DNA of 64,000 bases. Source: Amoeboaphelidium occidentale. Lineage: Eukaryota. This document shows, piece after piece, positions 35,601 to 45,900 of this stretch (position 1 is the first letter of the stretch; every line of letters begins with the position of its first letter). The stretch is taken from assembly GCA_023515795.1 (NCBI GenBank), contig JALGPX010000014.1, forward strand, positions 1 through 64,000. Reading direction: 5' to 3'. Made by a program: the position numbers and the translations under genes. The notes under the pieces are model-generated. The model did no database searches. It had not been told where the DNA came from and saw only the letters and a program-made list of their open reading frames with translations.

Positions 35601-38600
35601 ACCTGCTACATTCTTTTGTTCCGAGCTATGAAGAGCGTAGTGCATCCATAGAATCGATTCTAGAAAAAGCTGTTAGAGGCTCGAATGGTGGTAACAATTC
35701 GATGAAAATTCACTCTTATCGAATTCCATCAATTGAAATGTTGCGCGAGATTATTTACAGCAATTACACGATTTTTGATGTGTTGACTCCTTTCTTCTTT
35801 CACAATAATTATTGGGTTCAGCTTGCAGCACTTGAGGCTTACATCAGACGTGCTTATAAGGATTACAATTTAAAGAATGTTCGACATCATATTTCTTCTG
35901 CTCCTTTCTTCGTCGAGTGGGATTTCAGTTTGGAAACAGTCACTGATGGGAATAATTCACCGTATAAAGAAAATCCGAGGAAAGGAATTATGGCGGCATT
36001 CAGATCATTGGAGGCTGTGAGAATGAGGTTATCAGAACTGTTGTCTATATTTGGAAAAAGGGAACCGCACGATGAGACTGTAAGATTGCTGAATCTTGCG
36101 ATTTTGGACGAGGAGGGTATATCGTCAAATGATTTTGCCGATTTGGCTAACACAGTTATTTCTGATTTTGCTGAAGAATTTATCAAGTTTGGGCTGCGCC
36201 GTATTACTTTCATTTTGGTTAAGCCAGCCGATAACTACCCTGCTTATTTTACCTACAAGCCAAAATTCTCTGCAGACAAACTTTGTTATGAATTGCCATT
36301 CACTGAAGATGTTAATATTCGTAATGTTGATCCTGCTCATAGCCATCAGTTGGAACTGGGAAGACTGTCCAATTTTAGAATTACCCCGGCTCTCAATGTA
36401 GATAGTCGAAGTATTCATGTCTATTATGCTGAATCTATCGAGGATCCTTCAGACAAGAGATTCTTTGTCAGATGCTTTGTGAGACCAATTAGGTTGCGAA
36501 ACGATGAAGATACAGAAATGGTCAGTCCTGCTACAATTGAATATCTCATTTCAGAGGGAGATCGTATACTGAGTGCTGCTCTAGATGCTCTTGAATTTGT
36601 TTTGGATAAGCACAAAGATGTTCAATGCAATCATCTTTTTGTTCATTTCTCGCCGCATTTTATAAATGTTAGACCGGAAACTGCAGATAAGGTTTTCCCT
36701 GGATTTTTGAGTAGACACGGTAGTAAGCTGTGGAAACTCAGAGTTACTGAGGGAGAGATCAAGATTTCTATCAAGCCAACTCCTGATGGTCCCGTTTTGC
36801 CGTTAAGGGTTTACATCAACAATTCTTCAGGATATTCTGCAAACATGGATATTTATCACGAAACCAAATGGGGATCCAAAAGCGCTGTTTTGACGCATAT
36901 CAAAGTTCCGGGATTCTTTGGCAAAGGCGATAAGAACGGTATGTTGGCTTCTTATTCCTACCCAAAAAGAACAGAAATCGAAATGAAAAGGAATCGGGCT
37001 CAAAGTCTTGGAACCTCATACGTCCACGACTTTCCGGACATCTTCAGACAAGCTTTATACATTTTGTGGAAAACAAATGGATTAATGGCTCCGCTATATG
37101 ATAGTTTGTTGACTGCGAAGGAGCTGGTTTTGGATCAGTCCAACAATGAATTGCGTCTCGTATCAAGAGATCCTGGATTGAATGATATTGGAATGGTTGG
37201 TTGGGTCCTTAACATGAAAACTCCTGATTATCCTGAAGGACGAGAAATTGTTGTGTTAGCTAACGATATCACTTTCCAAGTGGGATCTTTTGGACCAGTG
37301 GAGGATCTTTTCTTTGCTGAAGTTTCACAGTATGCTAGAGAAAAAGGTATTCCGCGCGTTTACCTTAGTGCAAACTCTGGTGCCAGGATCGGCCTGGCCG
37401 ATGAGTTGATGGACTTGATACAAGTTAAATGGAAAGACGAGACAAACAAAGAAAAGGGGTTTTATTACTTGTATTTGTCATTCGAAAACTACGAAGTCCT
37501 AAAAACGAAGTGCGATGGGGACATATCAAAAAGTGTGAAGATCGAACCAGTACTGAATGATGATAAGGAGATTTCGCATTACAAGATTTTAGATATTGTT
37601 GGCCTTAAACATGGGTTAGGTGTTGAAAACTTGCAGGGCTCTGGAATGATTGCAGGAGAAACTTCCTCCGCTTACAAGGATATATTCACCATCACAATGG
37701 TTACTGGGCGAAGCGTAGGCATTGGTGCTTACCTTGTAAGACTTGGCCAAAGGACTGTCCAGATTGAAGGGAATCCCATTGTTCTGACAGGTGCTTCTGC
37801 GTTGAACAAAGTCCTGGGAAGAGAAGTTTACACTTCCAATTTGCAACTTGGTGGAACTCAAATTATGTATCTAAATGGAGTATCGCATATTACTGCAAAT
37901 GATGATTTGTCGGGTATAGGGCAAGTTTTGAATTGGTTGACTTTCGTAAAAAGATCAAAAGATGCGCCAGGATTGCATTTGTTTCCGACAACTGATCCTG
38001 TTGATCGTTCTGTTGATTTCGTTCCACCTGAAGGTGCATATGATCCAAGACTGTTGCTTGACGCCTCGTTCGACGAAGATGGTGCAGCCGGATTATTCGA
38101 TAAAGGCAGCTTTGTGGAGACGATGAGCGGCTGGGCTAAATCAGTTGTTACTGGAAGAGCTAGATTAGGCGGCTTACCGGTTGGTGTTATTGTTGTTGAA
38201 ACTCGAGCCACAGATACTGTTATTCCGGCAGATCCTGCTAATATTGAATCACATCGTCAAGTGCTTGTGCAAGCAGGACAAGTTTGGTTTCCAAATTCTG
38301 CGTTCAAAACTGCTCAAGCGATAAGAGACTTTAACAATGGAGAGCAGTTACCATTATTCATTCTTGCTAATTGGAGAGGGTTCTCTGGAGGTATGATGGA
38401 TATGTTTAACGAAATACTGAAGTTCGGTGCTATGATTGTTGATGAATTGCGAGACTACAAGCAACCAGTCTTTGTTTACTTGCCTCCAAACGCCGAGCTT
38501 AGAGGTGGCGCATGGGTCGTCGTTGACCCCAAGATTAACGAAGACATGATGGAGATGTATGCTGATCCTAGTTCCAGAGGTGGTGTTTTAGAGCCAGAAG

Positions 38601-39215
38601 GTATCGTTGAGATTAAATGCAGAAGATCTCAAAAGTTGAAGCTCCTTCAAAGATGGGATTCTGAGTACGCAGAACTTAAACGCTTGCATACTTCAGACCC
38701 TGCTAACATGGAGGTGGAAAAGCGTATGGAAGAGCGTGAAAGAAAATTGTTGCCGATGGTTAGTCAAGTCTGTGTTGAGTTTGCTGAGCTTCATGATAAG
38801 CCGCATAGAATGAAAGCAAAAGGCGCCATAAGAGAAATCATTGAATGGGAAAAGTCTCGATCGTTTTTTCTATTGGAGATTAAAAAGCAGGCTTCTTGAA
38901 GAAGAAGTACGAAAGGTCTTGTCGAAGGAATCTTCAATACTTTCAACCAAGAAGCTGATTTCAAGACAAGAATGTACAAATTTACTGAAGACCATGCATA
39001 CTGCTGCAGGTAATGAGCCTATTGTATTTGAAAATGATCGTTTTGTTGCTCAATTCCTGGAGGACGAACTCAAAACCAAAACGCTAATCAATGCAAAAGC
39101 TAAACTTCTTCGTTCTGAATCTTTGGCCAATATGATAACATCATTATCCGCAGACGATAGCAAACTTCTACAAAAGATAGTTTTGAGTGGTCTTGATGAA
39201 AAGCTAGAGGAATAA
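32618..39215 (+). CDS. ACC1: Acetyl-CoA carboxylase (BC-BCCP-CT) with an apparent +1 frameshift at 38864-38869
   Basis: ANNGIAAVK, WAGWGHASENP, EVMKM biotin site, ANWRGFSGG; conserved FYWRL...EE continues in the next frame to TAA 39215. Confidence 0.95.
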
Positions 39216-39300
39216 ATAACTGGCCCTTCGCTACAGGATTAGTTCAAATAAAACCAAATCTTACTTAGAAGAGCGTTACACGAATCGCACGATATCTCGG

Positions 39301-39560
39301 CTACGCTGGCGGAGACTGCACAAGTAAGTATGCGACCATAATCACCTGTTTTTTACCTTTGTTTGCATTCAAATCCAAGAAAACGTGTCTGATATTTCGT
39401 GCAGCGTTAATGTCCCTGTTCCAAACAGTTGAGCAATCTAAATTGCAGATTTTAACCGCCAAAACTTTGTCTGTTTCAACTCATGTAAGCAGAATGAACA
39501 TAAATTTTAGGATTCTGATGGAGCCAGATATACCCCCTTTAAGAAAGCGCATTCGCACTC
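39301..39560 (-). pseudogene. Degenerate C-terminal fragment of a Fanzor/TnpB-family RNA-guided nuclease (transposon remnant)
   Basis: Minus-strand LCSFCLHELKQTKFW, then a 1-nt shift to AVKICNLDCSTVWNRDINAARNIRHVFLDLNANKGKK; zinc-ribbon plus RuvC-III motif; no in-frame ATG upstream of the motif. Confidence 0.75.
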
Positions 39561-39691
39561 CAGCTCGCAGCATGTAGACGCTTGAGCTGGAGCTCTGCGC
39601 GATTAATGGCAAACCCTAATTATCTTGAGCACGTCGATTACTTAGTCTCGGCCAATCTGCTGAGCTTTCAGAAGTCACTGATTCTTGACAA

Positions 39692-41470
39692 ATGTCTGAT
39701 ACTCAATTGACAAAACCTAGGCCGAAACTGATAACGGATCTTCCGGTTGAGATACTCTTCTTGATATTCGAGTCTTTGCACGGAAATGTACAAGCATACG
39801 CGTCGTTATTGTGTTCAAACAAGCAGGTAAGGATGATCCTAAAGTCATGGGATCCTGCCTGGCGCTTAGAAAAGATCTTTTTCAAGGATAGTAATTCGAG
39901 CAAGACGCAATCTACTCATAGTTCATATGGCGAATTGGACGTCCTTCGGCTTTCAGATATATTTGCCCCAGCTGGTGTAGCCTCGCGACCTCGAGACGAT
40001 ATTGAAGTCTCAATAATCCAAGACGAGGTGGAACCTCCTTCCTTGAATGAAAGGCATTTGATGAATGACTTTGATTATCGAGAGTGGAGAGGGTTTGGAA
40101 GAAAATGGCGAAGGTTACTTGAAACATCAAGAGGTGCGTGTTTTGTAAGGGGTCAAGACTTGATTATCGGTTCCACTAGCTCAACACAAATGAGCGGCGG
40201 CCAAGTTTTTGGCTCTTTCGGGACGAATATCATCACGGCGTGGAATATCGACTCAGGTCAGATTGTGAAGAGGTTTCAAGGTCACGAAGGAAATGTTATC
40301 ACTTTACAAGTAAGTAAGAACATGCTGGTATCATCAGGGGCGGATAAATCTGTGATTATATGGGACCGCCACGATGGAAAACAGATTCTAAGAATGAATT
40401 TCGACTCGGCAATAAGGACAATCAAGTTCGATCCTGTTCAAGCAGTTTGTGGAGATTCGCAGGGAAACATTCACGTGCGAGATACTGTAACTGGACGCTG
40501 CATGGATAAAGTTCCTAATATTTGCCACAAGTCTGATATTACACACATTGTTTACGATCACAAGTTTGTCTGCTCAGTATCTTCTGATAGAGTCTTGCAG
40601 GTTTACGACAGAATGCAACAAAAGATTTCATTTTACTACACTTCCTTCTTATCAATTATCACCACTGTTACAATGAGCGGAGACATCGTTGTTGTTGGTA
40701 CTTGGGACGGCGGCATTTATGCTTTCTTATTGTCTCGTCAATATGATGGCGCAATTACTGATTATGATAAATCTGGATTGCAACAGCGTGGCATGGGAAG
40801 TGAAATCAAAATTATATCTGATGGAACTGGGTGCCATACTGAACGCGTAAACTGCATACAGGTTTTGCCCAAAAAGTCATTAGCCTACTTTACTAAGGAT
40901 GATGCATTAATTGATGACCTAAAGAATTATCCACCTTTTGTATCAGGAAGTAATGATGCTACAGTTGGTGTTTGGGCTCCAAGAAAAGACTCCAAAGAAC
41001 TCAATATTATTTATCAATGCTTGTACAAGCTTAGTTTCGATTCTACCGTTCTTTCAATGGAAATCGTTCCGAAGTTTGACCTTGATACAATTATTATCTC
41101 AGCTGCGTGTTTAGATGGAAAGCTATCTCATTGGCATTTATTACATACACGTGAAGGATATGGGCATGATGAAACGGATCCACGAGCTAAATATGTCAGA
41201 ATGCTAAAACAAGATCATCGTTCAACAACTATTAAAATTGGGAGCCAGACCACGTTTAATAGCACTTTCATGCCATTTATGATTTATCAAGAGTTCGTTC
41301 AACTGTTATTGGATAGAGATCCTGAAGATTTTGTTGCCGACGTGGGCTTGGAACGAAATGTTGAAAATGCTTTACAAAGGTCACACGTAAACGTTGAATT
41401 AGATGGAGACGATCCTGAAATAACTGCTGATGATCTAGACACATTCTTTAACGCCATGGAGTTTCCATAA
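39692..41470 (+). CDS. F-box/WD40 protein
   Basis: LPVEILFLIFESL F-box; GHEGNV...SSGADKSVIIWD and further WD repeats. Confidence 0.85.
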   Translation: MSDTQLTKPRPKLITDLPVEILFLIFESLHGNVQAYASLLCSNKQVRMILKSWDPAWRLEKIFFKDSNSSKTQSTHSSYGELDVLRLSDIFAPAGVASRPRDDIEVSIIQDEVEPPSLNERHLMNDFDYREWRGFGRKWRRLLETSRGACFVRGQDLIIGSTSSTQMSGGQVFGSFGTNIITAWNIDSGQIVKRFQGHEGNVITLQVSKNMLVSSGADKSVIIWDRHDGKQILRMNFDSAIRTIKFDPVQAVCGDSQGNIHVRDTVTGRCMDKVPNICHKSDITHIVYDHKFVCSVSSDRVLQVYDRMQQKISFYYTSFLSIITTVTMSGDIVVVGTWDGGIYAFLLSRQYDGAITDYDKSGLQQRGMGSEIKIISDGTGCHTERVNCIQVLPKKSLAYFTKDDALIDDLKNYPPFVSGSNDATVGVWAPRKDSKELNIIYQCLYKLSFDSTVLSMEIVPKFDLDTIIISAACLDGKLSHWHLLHTREGYGHDETDPRAKYVRMLKQDHRSTTIKIGSQTTFNSTFMPFMIYQEFVQLLLDRDPEDFVADVGLERNVENALQRSHVNVELDGDDPEITADDLDTFFNAMEFP

Positions 41471-41497
41471 GGACTCCTTCTTAGTCTATTTAAGATC

Positions 41498-41945
41498 TTA
41501 AAGCATGTTGCCTTGTCTCAAGTTTCTATCCAACTGATCAGGGTCTCTATCACCCTGTAACCGCTGCAAGTTCGGGTTGAACACGGAATAAGCAGACAAC
41601 CCTTCACGTCGTTTGGTGCTTGAATTCCAAATCAAGAGTCCAAAGATCGAGACAATAAAGAACACTAAGCCAAACTCGCAATAAACAAATATCGCTTGAA
41701 GAAGCACCCATAAGGTGAAAGGAATCATAAAACGCTTGTCTTGCAACCGGGCCTTCCAATGTCGTATAGTAACTGCGCTAATATAAATGCAAGTCAAAGT
41801 CGCATTTACCTTTTACTTCACGTTCCAATTCTTCCCTGCCATCGCTGTCATCTGAGTTCTCATCATCGCGCGAGGGTTTGTCGAAAATTGTCGCTATTCG
41901 TCTCCTCTCTCGCTTAGGTCGGCTTGAAGCGTCTTGCCGCTGCAT
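41498..41945 (-). CDS. SAYSD1: SAYSvFN-domain protein; one short intron near 41773-41809
   Basis: EFGLVFFI...GLSAYSVFNPN; upstream exon MQRQDASSRP splices in frame. Confidence 0.85.
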
Positions 41946-41967
41946 TTTTTTGACTGTTTCAGCCGAA

Positions 41968-42864
41968 ATGGAGAAAAGAAGGTTAATTGAGTTAAATTCA
42001 ATATTGGCAGACCCTCCGGAAGGTGTTCACTGTTGGGCTAAAGAAGAAAGCAATGAATTCTTAACTGCCCAGATACAAGGCCCTCAGAGTTCCCCTTATG
42101 AAGATGGTTGTTTCAGCTTGAGCATTCATTTACACGACAGGTAAAAATTTCGAGTATAATTACAAAAGATGTTAACTTTTACTATTTCCTGTTTAGATAT
42201 CCTTATGAACCACCAAGTAATCTTACAGGCTCAAGACTTATCATTTAGCAATCAAGTTCGTCACACCAATCTATCATCCCAATATTGATAAAGAAGGAAG
42301 AATATGCTTAGATTTACTTAAAGTTCAACCGAATGGAAGCTGGAGGCCTGCAATTTCACTCGGGGCCGTTCTGACTTCAATAAGATTTCTAATGGCTGAA
42401 CCTAATCCATCTGATCCATTATGCGCAGATATTGTAAGTTCCGACTTGGTAAATGTAACTTTTAAAAGGCAAAACAGTTTACAAATGATCGTCAAGAATT
42501 TGACAAAATAGCAAAGTCTGAGACTATTAAACATGCTGTTCGTGTTAAAGATGTTGAGCCAGAAGTTCCAGCGACTAGAAAGATTGTTGTAACAATCACA
42601 ATTGATAACGATGAGAACCAAGATAAAGCTATTGCTCAAACACATGAACAGATAACAGTAAAACCTGCACCCGTTTCTCTAAAAGGTAAAGAAAAGATGA
42701 TCAACCCGCAACCAAAAGATCGTTTGACCCTAAAGCCTAATCTTGAGCAGGAAGTTAGCAAGCGAGCTGATGGAAAATATGGTAGCAATGGGTTAATGTC
42801 ATCTAAAAAGCCACGCCTAAACTTGTCGAGTAAAGCTGCTTTTAAGAAGGTGGGAAGCAAGTAA
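41968..42864 (+). CDS. Ubiquitin-conjugating enzyme E2, UBE2T-like; three introns and a ~20-nt micro-exon
   Basis: GPQSSPYEDG, spliced RYPYEPP, IYHPNIDKEGRICLDLLKVQPNGSWRP, EPNPSDPL. Confidence 0.8.
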
Positions 42865-42972
42865 TAGAAAATTTTACGATGACTCTAAAACGATCGAACC
42901 GTTGCTAAGGCCAACAAGTGTTAGTTTCGGGCGAGAAAGAGTCGCAGAAACTCTTTTCTCACCGGACATTAA

Positions 42973-45900
42973 ATGAACGATTCAAGATCGCTTAGAAGTA
43001 CCACAGCGAGCTCGATGCATTCTGGATCATTGAGATCTGAAGCCTTCATTGAAGGTAGCACAGTTGCTGCTGCTGCTATGACTTGGTATCAGGAACGCCA
43101 TGAACTTGAGATCAAGGTTCGAACAAGACATTCAGTTTAGGCTAAATTTTTAGGCACCAAGGCTATTGAAGAAGATGCTTAGCCAGATATACACGGGCCT
43201 GTTTGGTTTGCTCTTTGCCTTGCAGAGAAAGAGTAAAGGAATGGAGTCGTAAGATCCGCTCACAACATGATCATGGCTAATATCTAGACCGATCTGGGTT
43301 GTACTATTTGAACTTTTTGAAATGTTACAATTGGTTTCGTTTTCATTTAAAAGAGCTGCACATTTTCCTTGGAATCCGGCTCATACATCCTGGTTCATTG
43401 CATTCGTCAACGCTACAGTCACAGAGACGTTCTTGGTTGGAAACACATCGATCTTCTATGCAGTTATAGCTGTTCTCAGTTTGATCCTCTTTGACGCACT
43501 GGTTGTTGGGTACTTCTTCTCTAGAAATCAGTACAGATTCATCTGGACATGTAACGATTTGTTTGACACGATGTTCGTTTGCTAAATTTTATAGTGAGAT
43601 ATGTTCGAATTATTTGCGTTCTGTTCATGACCGTGCTGTACATTCCTGTAATTGCTCTTTTTACTTCGATGTTGGTGAGTTGCGAAGGTGGTTGTTGGAC
43701 GGGAGCTTACGCAACAAGATCGGCCTTTGTGATTGTTATCAGCTTGTTTTACATTCTCCTTTCACTCACATTTGCTGTTGCTGTGTTTCAACAAGATGCC
43801 ACTGATCCCTCTGAATTACTGTCAAGACCCCATTCAAGATGTGAAGTCTATCATTTACTAGTGAAGACTGTTCTGACAATATGCTTTGTCTCTTTGGAGC
43901 ATCATCACCAGTATCATTGGTTGCTTATAGCTCTTAGCGTTTTTGGAAGCTCGTCTTTGTGGTTCATGTATACGTGGTTTCTTCCATTCTACAGATGGAC
44001 TTTTGCAGTTTTCCGTACCGTGACAATGGCCATTGTGATGTGGGCCAGTTTGTGTTTGGTTGTCGTGAAGCTCTTGAATGATCCAGAGCATAACAGTGTC
44101 AGTGTCATGTTCTTTTTTGCTCTTCCTGTGATTGTTATGGTCGCTATTTTCACTAGTAACGCAAGAAAAACTCGCGTTAAGACAATGCCGGTTACACCAA
44201 CCATAAATCCTCTCACAATTGAGTTAAAAGCAAGATTTATATTGGAAGACAATAATATGCTCTTCTCTAAACACGCAAAAGAACTTGTAACAGATGGTAT
44301 GAACACTAATGATCAGGAAAAGGCTGCCAACGAAAAGTTAGTTGTCGATCAGATTACAGAGTTGTACAATGAGGCAAGTGTCAACATTCCAAACTCGAGC
44401 ATTCTGTACATGTTCTGGGCCAATTTTTCATTGCACCATGCTGCGAACAAACAACGTTCGTTGTACTTGCTAGAAGAGTGCTTGAAAAGAAACCCGCAAG
44501 TTGATGAATTGTTTGTAGCATTTAGACAGAAGAAAGTCATGAATGAAGATGAAGGCTCAGGCCATATGGATATGCTTGACTTGATTATTGGTGAAGTTCA
44601 TATGAAGAAAGCTGCTAAACACGAAAGAAAAGCTGTTTCCCTTCAAATGCAGTTTTGGAATGAATTACTTAGCCCCTCCGGAGCAGACTTGCAAAAATTA
44701 TTTGTCATTGGAACAAAGATCAACTCTGAGACTCATCTTGCAGACTACCATTACTCCAAATCAATATCAAGTAATCCGAAATCGTCAGCTGTCCTGAAAA
44801 ATTACTCAGCGTTCTTGATGGATGTTTGTAACGACCAAAAGAGATCACTTGAGCTTCACGAAAGAGCCAAAAACTTGGACGACTTGAAAAGAAGAGCAAA
44901 CGCAGCTAATGACGGTATGATTGATATTGCGACGTTGATGAGCAGCACAAGTGAAACTGATACAGCAGTCTTTACCATAAACCATTTGGGTATTATTCAA
45001 AGTGTTACGTCTGGTGTATCTGGCTTACTTGGCTATGACAAACCTCAAATTCTTATTGGAAGAAATATTTCTAGCATTGTGCCGCCTCCGTTTGACAAAA
45101 TTCACGATGAATTCTTGAGTAATTACTTGAAGAAAGGAGAAGGTCAAGTTATTAGTAAAATCAGGAAAATCTTTGCAGTTTCAGCTGATGGCTATTTGAT
45201 TCCAGTGATGCTCTTGGTTAGACAGCTCACTTTTGGTGTGAACGGAACTTTTGTTGGTGTCATCAAGTCCGTCCCTGAAGGATCATACACCTACGATTAC
45301 ATATTGTTGGATACTGATGGCAATTTGAAAAGCTTTTCTCCACGTTGTACGGAGTATTTTGGAACAACCCCATCAGATGCGACTAGATTTCAGCTTCACA
45401 TATCTGACTGGATTGAGAATTACGGCGAAGTAGAGAATTTGATGAAACAGAATAACGGTTACACAATGGAGATCGCAGGAGCTGAGGGTAACAATGTTCA
45501 ACTGAATTGTACTCAGGTTAGTATAACGATCTCAGGGATCAGTATTTCTTTGATTAAATTGGTCAACCAAAACTCGTTGTTTACATCTAAAGCTGGCCAG
45601 ACTGACGATATTCGTAGTCAAATGCCCATGACTTTCTATGTTGACGCATCAAAGTATAACCAAAAGAATAAGAAAGAAACTATGGCATCTCAAGCAGTTC
45701 CTAAATCGATGTCTGTTCAAAGCCCAGAGAAAATGTCCACTAATGAAAGGAAATCCGACAAGAAAGCGAAATCTCCGAAAAGAAAAGCCGACGGTTCCGA
45801 GAATGATAGACGAGATGACGAATCTGAATCTTCAAAGCGCTCATCACTTAAATCTCCCAGAAGCTACAGTCCATCTAAAATGACCGACGCTTCTAGAAGA

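Noticed and set aside
39217..39240. Minus-strand CCTGTAGCGAAGGGCCAGT resembling a Helitron 3' end
   Set aside because: Hairpin is weak, there is no CTRR terminus, and no matching TIR or target-site duplication was seen
39359..39577. 72-aa plus-strand ORF in the ACC1/F-box gap
   Set aside because: TTG start and no motifs; it is the antisense shadow of the Fanzor-like fragment
39611..39619. AAACCCTAA telomere-like unit (possible telo-box or telomerase template)
   Set aside because: Single short unit, expected by chance, with no supporting context
42901..42915. RFX X-box-like GTTGCTAAGGCCAAC, plus GTTGCTA half-sites near 2342 and 14791
   Set aside because: Imperfect matches and too few to separate from chance
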